The notes under the pieces were generated by a model. It worked only from the letters and a program-made list of their open reading frames with translations. It had not been told where the DNA came from and searched no databases. 64,000 nt of DNA. Source: Lingula anatina. Taxonomy: Eukaryota > Animalia > Brachiopoda. Each line of letters starts with the position of its first letter. Position 1 is the stretch's first letter. The stretch covers positions 5,208,001 to 5,272,000 of the forward strand of contig CM120641.1 in NCBI GenBank assembly GCA_051362555.1, given 5' to 3'. Below are positions 37,201 to 49,000 of this stretch, in pieces. Both the position numbers and the translations under genes were made by a program.

Positions 37201-40200
37201 TATCAAACAATCATAATTCTTAAAATGTTTTAAGCTTACAAGTTGCCAAAACTTTCAATTCAGTTCAAATACCAAAATCCTAGCCCTGATACCCTATTTT
37301 AGTAACAGTCTGATTCATCATTCCCATCAACTAAATCTATAAACTACATAACAAACTGTATTTCAATTTCCCTGTAGAAAATGTTAGTAGTAACTATGTC
37401 CCTCTAATTTGAAAGAACTATCTATCTGTATCATGTCTGATAAACTTTAAACCAAATATTGTACAATGACAATCTGGACCACTTGGTCAGTTAATAATTA
37501 AGTCTTTGAAGAATATATAAATATCAATAACCCCTTTTCAAAAGCAAACTATGTAAACTGTAACAAGATATTCGAAAAAAAACCACTTCTTTCTTAACTA
37601 AAAACTTTGGTAGTTACGATGTTTTACAAAATTAACGCACCTTCATCTGGCTAGTAGGTAAGTGAAAATATAGTCATCATAAATTAGTAAAAAGGTAAGC
37701 TTAATACCACAAGAACCCAAAGATACCAGTAGAGTATGAGTCTGGCAAAAATGAAGGGATTTCTTTTTATCTTTCTGAAGGGGGAAATGGTGCATCCTTC
37801 AAAGACTTCAATGAGCCTTGGTGCAGTCACTAGGAATATCTATCTAATGTACTAAATGCTTCAATAAAAGCTGTAGACTTCCTTACGTGGAAGTTAGTAG
37901 CTGTTGCAGAGGCGGACCCAGAATCTGAATATAGGAGGACCAATTAAGTAAGAATAGAGTATTCATTTTGCCATATCTATGCATGTCTTTAGAGACACTA
38001 AAAAGGGGCACTGGGTAACTGGATCCACCTTTGCTGATGCCATAGTCTTCTATTTATTAACCAGAAAGGCAAAGGAAGCAGTCTCCAAAAGATGACATGT
38101 TACAGTTACCTGAGGAGTACCAAAATGTACACCTTTTGTTGGTTCATCAGCTCTAGGCTACAAGTGGAGAATAAGTATTAATGTATCAAAATGAAAATTA
38201 TTCAACTGTTGGAGCACTGTTATGAGAGGCATATTCAGAAAAAAAATATATTCAAAAAAGTTCAGCTAAATTCCTGTCAACAAGACACTAGATTCATCAC
38301 TTTTCTGAAAAATAAGTTCTAATCTATTCAAATACTAAAAGGTGTATACATCATATCAACTGAAGATAGGAGTAAGCACTGAGAGTTCCACTCTATCTAC
38401 TTTATCAGCTAAACTACTGAGGTAATTGAAGATAAATATGTTTATTATTCCAAACACATGGACTTCGATTCAAACTATTCTCCAAAATTTAATAGATTTC
38501 TCACATTTCATTTCATACCTATTGAGGCAGGTTATCTCAATGCACTTCTACAAAATTTTTATTTGTATCAACAGCTGAACATCCCCCAATTAAGAATACC
38601 ATTTATGAAGACATTAGACTAGTTTATATTCATCTAGGATGCCCCTACCTGTGACTTGCTCCCTGACAGGCCCAATTCCACTACTTCAAGCACATAATGT
38701 AAACACTCTTTATCCAACATCAAGTAATGGTGTTCTATCAGCCATAGGGATAAACACTGGAAGGCGGCCACAATCATTGAATGCAGGTCCCTAGAGTGCG
38801 CCGGTGCAGGCCTGCTGCACTGGTACACGATGAAGTCACAGATCCACTTGACAGTGCGTTTACACATCAATATGTTAGGGGTGTGCAGGCGAATTTTGGC
38901 AAGACCAGCCAAAACTTCCATGGCAGCTAGGGCAATGTTGAGGTCCATCTTCCATGATGCCATAAGTCGATTGCACACAAGGGAGGCTGCATGTCCAAAC
39001 AGGTCATATGCAGTATCTGGATTATGAAAAAGATATCAAATCATAGTATGGCAAGGAGTATTATTCAGAACATCTAAACAAGCTGAAAAATTTGATTAAA
39101 ATACTTCATTAAGCAATTTAGCAAGAATTATTAAAGTGTCATTTCCTACAATCATCTAATCAAAATGAGGAGGCAAGCCACTCTTTTGCCACTCTACAAA
39201 GTTAACTTCTAATATTTATCCACTTTTTTACCATAATCTTTCGGTGGTTGTTGAGCAGCTTTAACTGTCTCTCCCTCTTCTCCAGCACCACTAGCAGGTT
39301 CCTCAGAGGGGGGTGCATCTTCTCCACTCTCTCCTATTGTTCCATACAGTGTGCCCAGCAAATCCTGGGTCTTCTGTACTGTCACCTGCTCTGCCTCCTC
39401 ATACATAGACAAGTCCTGTACTGACAACATAAGACCCCCTGAAAAAGACAAAAGTGTAAAAGCTTTGAATACTTTATGCACATACCTGATTACATGAAAA
39501 ACAATGCCATTTGAATGATATTATCACAATTTGTGGCAAATCACTTGTATCAGCCTATATGTAACTTTCTCCTACTCAAGAATTATTAGAAATATCGCTT
39601 GACCCATCCCAGATCCCACATTTTATACCATTTCTAAATAATTTAGTGCTATACGTCAATGCCTGGCTAGACATGTAGACCATCAAGGTTTTTCTAACAT
39701 TTCAAAAGGAAAATCTTGAAAACAGTTACTTTTATTTGAAGGTTTATCATTTCTAAGGTCTGAATTGGAAAAAAAAGCAGCTTTGAAGGATAATTAGACA
39801 TGAAAATATGACTTGTGGGACATTTTCAAACATGCATAGCATACCTTAAATTACAAATTTTCATTTAAAACCTGCTTGAAGTTCCTGTACCCCCTTGTAC
39901 TCACCTAGCAACATCAAGGTGTTTGATGGGTCAGTCTCAATGGTCAAAGCCCTCAGTAAAGTCTCTATGAGCTTTACTCTCAGTGACCAGAATGTAGTTT
40001 TACTGTCTGACATAGGGAGGTCATGCAGTGCTGAATTCAGAATAATTAGATTTGATGAAAAAATAAGTTATCAATAACATCATTTTAATGTTGTGGGTCC
40101 TAACTATTAACATTTTATTTGCTTGCAATCACTAAATATATTGTTAGTTACACACCATAGTAACATATCATTCCTAAATTTGTTAACAAAAATCTCCTAC

Positions 40201-43200
40201 TGATTCAAAAAAAGAATTCCCACAAACACTAACTTGTTTAATAACAATTAACATTTATTGCAGTTTATCATACATTGCTCAGTTAGCTAATCTGAAAGTT
40301 TTGCTTTTTAAATAAATTTTACATTTCCACTTCCATTCACCTTTGATCTCCAGTTTCCTAAAATGGAGTGGTAAACACAACATTGACAGCAACAGGTGGA
40401 TGGAGGCCTTTCTTAGCTCTACACTGGATATCTGATCATGGCACCTGATGGCAAAATTTCAAAAAGAAATCTAAATCCAAGTTATAGTACATGTGAATAA
40501 TATTACAACTATGAAGAACAGATCCATTCCAACAAATGAATTTTAAATTTAACAGTTAAAACTGTTCTGATAATCTTATTGACAGGGGAAATATTTGAGT
40601 ATTTCTCTCCAAACTTTTCACTGAATTAACTACAATTAAATTGGGTCTACAAGGCTTAATCAAAAACAGGATCCCCAGGGAGATAAAATATGGAACCCTT
40701 TATATATCAGTTTAAAAAAATGCATCATTATTGTCTCTGACAAAATAAACAACATCCTCATTTATGGAGTGAGAAAAATGAAACCAATCTTTATGAAGTA
40801 TGCCCATTTGACTTAAAAATTTTATAAACTTCAATTTTTTCAGGCTATTTGGCTAAGAATTAATTCATGCTAGTATGACCCCCACCCTTTTCTTTTCTTC
40901 ATACCTGAAGGGCATGATAAGATCTCTTAGCACTAACACAACTGCCTGCAGTATTCTGGGCACCAGTACCAACACACCAACCAGATCCAGACGTAACACA
41001 TCCGTGGAATTAAACAGAATATTGGACAGAACTTGACCACTCATGTTCTGAAATAAAAGTAAAGGCAGTCTCGAATATCCCTGCAAGTGTTCAAATCATG
41101 GTAAGTATGTCCTCCACAATTTTTACATAAAAACACAGGTCAACATTAAAAACATTTCTCACTGAAAATGCTGTTCAACTAAAAAAAAAGGATTTGTTGT
41201 AAAATGCAGACAGTGTATTGTTAGGGTTTTTCCACAGTTCTTTTCCCTAAAAAAATCAATCTTCCCCCATAAAATTTCCTGTGCTTTTATTCCTTCTAAT
41301 TATGAAGAGAAGAGAGAAGGTTCAACTGATCCTCTGACTGCTTTATCTTGGATAAGAAAGAGGAAACTATGATATAGTGAAAAAATACAGCGAAATGGCC
41401 TCAAACATGCAAAAGGACACCAAAACCATATGTAAGTACCTTATCTGTGGCCAATCCATAGTGTAATACTGTGTAAAACCTTGCCAAATACACCTGCTGA
41501 ATATCCTCACCAGTCTTCTTAGCACAGAAGATTTTGCACAGAGCACCACAGGCCTCTGCACGGCCTATTTCATTTGTAACAGTGAACTCCTGTGGGGACT
41601 CGTGTTCAGGTGTGGGACTCGTGTGCTGGTTCTCTGCTTCTAAGAAACTGGTTCGCCGAGATGGAGGCCCTTAAATATGTAAAACAAATATATCCATGCA
41701 TAAATTAGAATTTCTATGTAGCTACATTTCTTTTGCTAAAGCACCTTACCAAGAACTGTGGCATTTGCAACACATGCAATACTTTCAAAATGTAAAGTCA
41801 TTTTTTGCACCTTTTCAAATATCACTGCAAAAAAACAAAAACTCATATCTACCATATCTACCTACTCATATCTACCATTTTATAAATTGCGTCAATTCAA
41901 TAATCCTTTTCATAAAGCATTTCAAACACATGTTTCATTTACCACTCTTTCCCAATGACTTTACTCCCACCAAAGCTCCATCAAACAACCACGCCCCAAA
42001 TAAATGCAGCAGACTGTTGCATTTAGGTCTAGCCGGAGCGTACGGTGACCTGGAATCTAAGCTCAGCTGGAAAGGAACTGCTTGGTCAGATGGAATGAAA
42101 GTTGCTGGGGGCTGAGTCTTGCTCCCCATGGCTTTTTGTATTGCACCTGAGGAAAGGGGGGAAAAAAGAAAAGAAAAAAATTATTCTTTTGATTCTGGCG
42201 ATATATGTGAAAGTTTTTTAATTTCCATAAATAAATTTTTTTTCATAAATTACTTGGTACATTCTTAACAAATGAAATTTCTGTCTTTAAATCAATGCCC
42301 AATAATATCAATTTACACTTTTGCATTATTTCCAGAAGTACCTTTGACACTATATTGCCCACTGCTCATAGAAAACCCTCTGTTTTTCCTCTGACTAGGT
42401 GGTGTAGAAGAGCCAGGAACAGGTGTCACATAAGTTTGGCGTATTCCTGCAAGCATTATATTGGTCTCATCTTGACTCCAGGGAGGTGCAATTCCTAGAT
42501 TTGAAAAAAAATAATCATTACAATATAGTGTTTGTCATTAAAGATAATCTTCATTCAATTTTGTTCTGGATAAAGTGAATAAAATATAATAACTAGCATT
42601 AAACTGGCTTTGGTGAAATATAAATGACAGTTCAATAATGCACGTTGTTCTACTCTATTACGGCATGATATCCTCCATTTCATTTAATCAACTATCTTAC
42701 AACTTGCTTCCACTAAATGGACATCAGGGATGGATCCTGCTAATACTCACCCATAAAGGCATCCACCAAGACAGCAATACCCTTCATGGCCCTGAAGAAG
42801 ATTTGGGGCAAAACTTTGAGGCAGTCATGGTGGGAGGGGTCAATCACATCCTCACTTGCCAGGGCCATGTGCAGAAATTTGGGGGTCTGGCTGATCACCT
42901 GGATGTTACTGAGTTCCACAGGGTTGGATAAAATATGGAGGAATCTGAACCAAGCCTGGGTAATGGTGTCTGGACTTGTTGTGGGTGGTATGAGTTGCCT
43001 GTCTTCTTCAGCTGAATATAAAGCAATCGGGGAAAAGATGACTTGATTTTTTATCATGGTGCACCTCCTGCAGAATGACAATTTTATTTTTAAATATTCA
43101 CCCCTGTAAAGTACTCCTGTATGGTTTGATTATGGTTGATGAATTTATAATTAAGTTGAGCTTACTTGTTTTAGATAAATTCTTAAAAGTGATCAACATT

Positions 43201-45187
43201 CAATTTTACCACCTACACAGGCTTTTATACTCATAAACAGCAGTCTAACATATAGCCAACAATGTCCTGACCATTAAAAGACCTTAAGTTTTTAATATTT
43301 ATTATTTCAACATACATATATGAAATTCTGGGAAATCTGGTCCAAACATTCCAGGTATCAGATGTGAAGTCAGCAGTGAATTGATGCGGTGCCACTGCAC
43401 CACCAGCACCTCATGGTGGCGCCAGTTTAGACACATATCTCTAAATGTCTTCCACAGTGATGGGGAGGGAAAACACTTGAGGCAAGACTGTAGCCAGATT
43501 TCAAACAGTACGCTCAATACTCTTTCACATAACTGGTCTCCTATATCATCTGAATCATTTGAATAGACTTGTATATATACATTTATGGGCAAGTTCACAT
43601 ATAAAAATCAACTTTTTGATTTATTTAATTTATTCAATCATTTGTAAAAAAAAATTGCCTTATGCCAACACAGTCATTTTATCCCAAAAATATAAAATAC
43701 AGACTAAACATTTCAAGTTGCAAAATTGTGTCTTCATTAGCAAATAAAATATGAAGTTCTAGCTTTTGCAAGTGAGATATGAATTACGATTCTATTTACC
43801 CTTCCTGATAGGTGGTGCTAGAAGAGTATCATTGATCGCCAGGAGGAGTCTTAATATTGCCTCCCAAGTTTCTCTTGTCAAGATGGTGGATTCTTGGACA
43901 ATCATCTGTAGGTGACGTAATATACGGTGGCAAAGAACAGTCTGTCTCTTCACTGAGTCAAATACTAGAACATTGAAAAACACAAATATAGCTATAATGT
44001 GCCTGTAGTGAAGTTGAAAATAAATACATAGCATGAATAAGGCTCTATTCCCATAGATTTTAGATCGATCTATTCCCGCGGGGAGTCTCACTAGATTATT
44101 TTCAGATAATCCAACTTAAATGTCCGTCCCGCCTACTACAAGCTGGAAGCGTGAACCCCCAGGGAGTTAGGTCGATCTAAAGCAGGTCGATCTAATCTAT
44201 GGATTTTAATCTTAAATAGCTTTTTGAAAAACATCTGTCATAGCTTTCATTTGAACTGGTATGTTTCAATATTCCAATTACATTAAACATTACAATAACC
44301 ATCATGATTTGCTGCATCCGCAAAGTTAACCTAATTAATAACAGTACTAGTTCCAAACCAGGTTTAAAACAATGAGCTGAAATGAATATATTTTTTTTAC
44401 CTGCTGCAGGTCTTGGAACAAACAAGTTATACAGGTGTTTGAACATGATCTGGCAGTAATGGTTTGGCTGTTCCCTGACTGGGACTGGTACACAGTTCTT
44501 AGGAGTGGTTAATGCTGATAGCCACTCACAATAGACATTCACACAGTCACGGATGGTTTCATGGTTGTCACTGAAGTTTAGGGTCATGCCAAAGCAGATC
44601 ACCTACAATAGTTGACAGCAGTTTTTCTTTGTTAAATGCAAATCTATGTAATATATTATAATCATATCAGATAATCTCTATATGATGCAATATGGTTCTT
44701 ATATCCAATATATTACAAGAAAGACATCATAATCACTGCAATAGAGACATCTTGTAACATACTGCTAGAATCCATTTAGTAAATAAATAGTTAGGTCAAT
44801 ATACTATACCACTCAATATCATACAAAGAGGGTGCATATGCTTCATTTATAAAATATTTATCTCTACTTTTAACCATAATTCTTACATTACTCATGTACA
44901 TGTATTCTATTACTTATCTCTCAAATTAAAACGCCATTTCTATCAACAAGAAATTATTAATTCACATCACATGTGAATTATACCTCCATCGTCCACTTCA
45001 CTTCCTTGTCTGAATTCAGAGAGCTTTGTTCCCCTTGGGTCACTCCTAGACTAAGACTGCTTGCCAGATGTTTGACCACTGCTCCTGCCACATCTTTACC
45101 AACAACAGCAGGGAAGTGCTGCAGAACACTGGTATTCCCAGTATCAATCTGGATACTGGTTTGAAGAGATGCCCACTCAGAATACAT
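23670..45187 (-). CDS. RALGAPB: Ral GTPase-activating protein subunit beta, complete CDS. Exons: 44984-45187, 44401-44602, 43800-43964, 43316-43549, 42751-43011, 42342-42494, 41943-42146, 41440-41669, 40905-41047, 40341-40444, 39905-40030, 39232-39438, 38649-39016, 33856-33966, 33377-33554, 33106-33197, 32695-32819, 28771-28953, 28497-28569, 27913-28086, 27439-27754, (27166-27189 micro-exon), 25784-25870, 25229-25348, 24639-24777, 24118-24231, 23670-23793
   Basis: Starts MYSEWASL. Internal motifs include [79 protein letters not shown] and [11 protein letters not shown]. Ends [60 protein letters not shown], matching RALGAPB. GT-AG boundaries throughout. Exons 27166-27189 and 25784-25870 lie in a low-conservation region and are less certain. 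Confidence 0.95.
24811..24978. mobile_element. Short non-autonomous DNA element with CAGGGGCGGATCCAG-type TIRs
   Basis: caggggcagatttagg ... cctggatccacccctg. A similar remnant lies at about 37907-38034. Confidence 0.5.
28067..28187. repeat. 60-bp tandem duplication spanning a RALGAPB splice acceptor
   Basis: aaagtaggggtacctggttcct(g/a)gat(a/g)ttaagaaat... occurs at 28067 and again at 28127. Confidence 0.9.
31002..31583 (+). CDS. Nested antisense ORF in a RALGAPB intron: 193-aa single-pass membrane protein (complete small gene, last exon of a longer gene, or pseudogene remnant)
   Basis: Longest ORF in the window, lying in an otherwise stop-dense AT-rich intron (28954-32694). It has a TM helix [22 protein letters not shown] followed by the basic stop-transfer KFYKRRK and an acidic Ser/Thr-rich cytoplasmic tail. 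Confidence 0.6.
   Translation: MEPGFYPVQGHENGNIVITAQKTNKALDEDPKSLAARAETKTDEGVVSWFANPENIGLIVGLLVAAVVLVIQGVLVYKFYKRRKQDRMDQMKQRMTDPTSDQDSYFTNATIFSKGSQEMSENLPIQFSSTLLFLEKATLGVDTIKRLQSKEPNVNKISVITMENPTCNQATSTDPQEEEIALYHNEVDEQTSF
34745..36650 (+). mobile_element. Non-autonomous Helentron/HINE (DINE-1-like) element with internal tandem repeats, copy 1
   Basis: Begins aactag in an A-run, with a 5' palindrome agaggcg-atac-cgcctct and sub-TIR gtaccaccagc (34783-34793) matching gctggtggtac (36639-36649). It contains about 5 tandem units of 134-146 bp (about 35110-35860), a (GGAGCCGGC)n microsatellite at about 36549-36590 and a terminal hairpin agtaccgccagcgtatacgctggtggtact. A homologous inverted copy lies at 59532-61092. 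Confidence 0.85.
44041..44210. mobile_element. Family-A MITE, inverted and internally deleted relative to 5466-5688
   Basis: attcccatagattttagatcgatctattcccgcggggagtctcactagatta matches the reverse complement of 5630-5682. TAA/TTA flanks. Confidence 0.75.
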
Positions 45188-45697
45188 CTTGCTTGTGCTT
45201 ATGCCTGTGGGGATTTAATGGATAGACAGCATACTGCAATTCTCTGGAATGAAGTTAAATGACTCTTAAAAATATCAAATCATTAAAAGTTAACTTACCT
45301 TATCAAAGAATTGATAATTTACAATGTGCTAAGCCATTTAGATGAAAAGGGTGATAAAAAACAACATTCTCTTATCCAAAATGACTTGGTTTTGTAAAGA
45401 ATGCATATTGTTTGTACCATAAGCTATAAAAAAGGACATCCACACCCACTACACTTGTATGATCACATGCATGCACAAGCTTGTGTATTTCTCCACACTT
45501 GTGTATTATTTCCAAACCACAAATAAAGCACCGTGAACTTTATCAACCTTAATACACCTTTGTATTCAATTTTACTATTATTCGACTATAACTAATTTTC
45601 AAAGAAAAGGTATTAAACTTAGTAAATAACGTTTATTTTGCACATTGAAATTACTGAGGCATTGATAGAAGACGGTAGAGTCTAGAGAGCTCACTCT

Positions 45698-46040
45698 TAC
45701 TCACATGCCATATTCGTTAATCAGAACTCCGGGATACAGTTGGTTCTCCTGTTTCCTGGTGATTGCAAAAGCTACATTACCTAAAATTAAGTACACTTGC
45801 CACGCTTTTTACTGCAACCTATTAAAATATGAAGATGTTGAAAAATGATCGTCCTCCCGGAAGTAAATAAAAGCAAGGTATTGTGGGCCACTAAACATGG
45901 CGACCGCCTAGTTGGCACTTTCCGAGAATATTACAATTTTATTGAATTTCTTACTGAAAAGATAATCAAGATAATTTCAAACGAAATGAAAGCCAAGAGC
46001 AGTGTAATTGTTTTCAGGTAATTAAAAGGAATCGTCAAAA
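45698..46040. promoter_or_regulatory. Bidirectional promoter shared by RALGAPB (probable non-coding exon 1) and TRIP11
   Basis: Local CpG enrichment, ETS/GABP site CCGGAAGT at 45857-45864 and YY1-type AACATGGCG at 45894-45902. A minus-strand donor gtgagtaag lies at about 45696-45704 and the TRIP11 ATG at 46040. Confidence 0.65.
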
Positions 46041-49000
46041 TGTCGTGGCTTGGCGGCGGTATCTCCCAACTTACTGGACAGATTTCTAACTTCACACGAG
46101 AAGTGTTGAGTGAGGGTACTGAAGAAGTTAGCGGTAAGTTTAATATGCAAAAGTAAAACCCTAATTACATGCATAAAGTCAAAAAGAGTTGACAAAAGAA
46201 AATTTCTTCTTCTTGAGAACTGAGGTGTTAAACTCCATCCACATTGCTTCAGTCAAGTATTGTAACCGTCTCTTGGATTTGGGATATACTGTATGATATG
46301 ATAACAATCTGAATAAATCCTGGCCCTCTTGAGTCTTGTATTCGCCCTACTGCCACTCTGTTATAGTATTTGATAATAGTTCAGTCTTTCCTCTTGGTGT
46401 ATGATCTCTGCTTATGAATCAAGTAGTAAGTTTTGAAGTAAGTTGTTTTGAGGAAAGCCCCGTGAAGGGATCTCTTTATATGAGATTGAACATTCCACAG
46501 TAATAACATTGTTAACAACATATAAAAAATACAATAAATTGTATTTACCACCACAACACCAGTTAATCTTAATATCCGGATATCGTGAGATAGTGCACTA
46601 TCATTGATTGCTACCCTCCATAGTAATCTCTTTATAGATTAATTACTAGTATTTAATACTAAAACATACTCTTAAAAAACAGTCAGTTAAACTTTGAATG
46701 TCAGAACAGATTCAGTAATCATTGGTTAGTTGTAGAAAGCTGGCATTTACCCCTAAAAAATCCATTTATGTCACTGAAGAGTTGTCATCCCGTTAAGAAC
46801 ACAAATTCACTACTGCTCATTAGCACAAAATTTGGTGCATTACCATCCCTATTTACAGTCTTTGATATGTACTTTATGTGCTAAAGCATGAAAGATATAG
46901 GTGCACATACATGTAACTGTTAAATTACAACCAGCTTGCACATCCAGTGCAATGCAGGAATTCTCAACTTTAATGTTACCTCTCACCTCCTAAATGCGGA
47001 CACTGCTTAAAAACCAACCAGTCTTGCCATTGCCAGTACTGTGAGGAAGGTAAAGAAGTGCACACCTACTGAACAAGGGGTTGACATTGGATGCTGTAGC
47101 TGGCTGTCATTCTACCTGTTGTTGAGGGTGAAAAGAAGATTAAAAGACAACAAGAAGAAAATAAATAAATAATAAATTTAACGGAAAAAAATAGTTCAAA
47201 AACTGTTTAAAATAGAAACAAATTGAAAAATGCTTCTGGTGAGATTGTTGTCAGGAGTCGCTGAGCCGAGGGCCTGTAAGTCAGTGCTGCTACTGTCAGG
47301 AGTCGCTGAGCCGACGGCCTGTAAATCAGTGCCGCTGCTGTCAGGAGACGCTGAGCCGAGGGCCTGTAAATCATTGCCGCTGCTGTCAGGAGTCGCTGAG
47401 CCAAGGGCCGGTAAATCAGTGCCGTTGCAGTCAGGAGTTGCTGAGCCGCTAAAACACAGAGCAGTCGATGCTACTGTGAAATATGTAGACAGGGCATTAG
47501 ACATTGCCCAGCTTATATATGTGCTGGAGTTTACGACTGCTCCTTTTTGGGAGAGTGCAGAAAAAGTAGGAAGGTTGGGTGAACTCTCGCTGACACTACC
47601 TTTATTTACACCTTTATCTTTCATGTATTTACACATATCATACATAAAAACTAAAACATGCTAACTCATGAATTTTCATGATATAAGCCTCATTACCATC
47701 AGTGCTAGTAAGGCTTGCATATAACATGTCAGTCAAGATGGCAGCAAACTGCAAGCTATTTAAAGTTATTTTTGAAAAAAGCAAATATTAGTTAATGAAT
47801 AATTTAATAAAATTTTCCTAATTTAACTGATCTTTAGCTCATTGTAAATGTCTTCTTTTTAAATAGTTCAACAGACTTCAAGTTTCATTTTGACATCCCA
47901 ACATGCCTAATGCAAGGAGATTTAATTCATTATGAAATTGACTTGGGTTCTTTTCACATTAGGGCCTTCACGCAAGCAAGTAAACCACTGTCCATGAAAC
48001 CCCAATAGAACCCCTTTTTTAAATTTTTTTAATTTTTGCATTAACAGCACTGCTTAGGGCGACATTTGCCTCTCTATTGTTCTTAGTGAAAACTGATGAC
48101 ATAAACAATATGGTTGAAGTACTAGTAGCAATGATTGTTATGCTGTTCAAAATATTAGATTCTCTCAAAAAAAAAAAAATTCCATAAGAAAAATACAACA
48201 TAAGTAATAGCCAAGGGGTGAGTAACTTTCGAGTCGAGTTCAGTTGCACTCAAAACGAAGTAAAAAATCTTTAAAAGCTGAGCCCGCACACCAAAGTTAC
48301 TCACCCAAGGAGGGATGTCATTCAATCTGAGTGCATTTAGAGAGAAACAGGAAAAGATGGTAAGTATACCCAAGACCACAGAAGAAATCCCTTCCAACAT
48401 ACCCATTCTTAAAATCATGGTCTCTGAAATATATTGAACCCACTTTGCTTTATGTTGCAAAAGTACATATGCTCTGGGCTTTGGCATTTAGAACTTTAGC
48501 AGAAGTGTTTTTTTTTTTTTTTGTTTTTTTGTTTTGTTTTGTTTTTTTGCTCAATATCCTGATTTTTGTATGCAGAATGTATGTTTTGTGTATGATGGAT
48601 TATGTCGGTACCCACGTGTTCTACATGTATATATCAAGACAAAAGGTCAACAAGCACAATCTTATAAAAATTCATCTTCAGATTTATCTTTGTTTCATTA
48701 GTATTACTTGTATTTCCTGTATGTTAGAAAAATAGAAAAATTTATTTAAATATCTGAGCTTAATGGTACATGTTGGTAGGTCATAGAATTCACTATGGAA
48801 AGACACTAACATTTTCTGATATCAAAAAACAAAATTAACATCAGAAAATGTTAACAGCCAATATGCCCTTTGTCCATTGTAATATAACATTTGAAAGCAA
48901 TGATGAAGGTAGTGTTTTCTGAATTTTGTTATTACTTGTCTTGATTTCAATTTGAGATTTCTTTATCCTCATGCATGTTTGTTGAAGCAAACTTTTTTAA

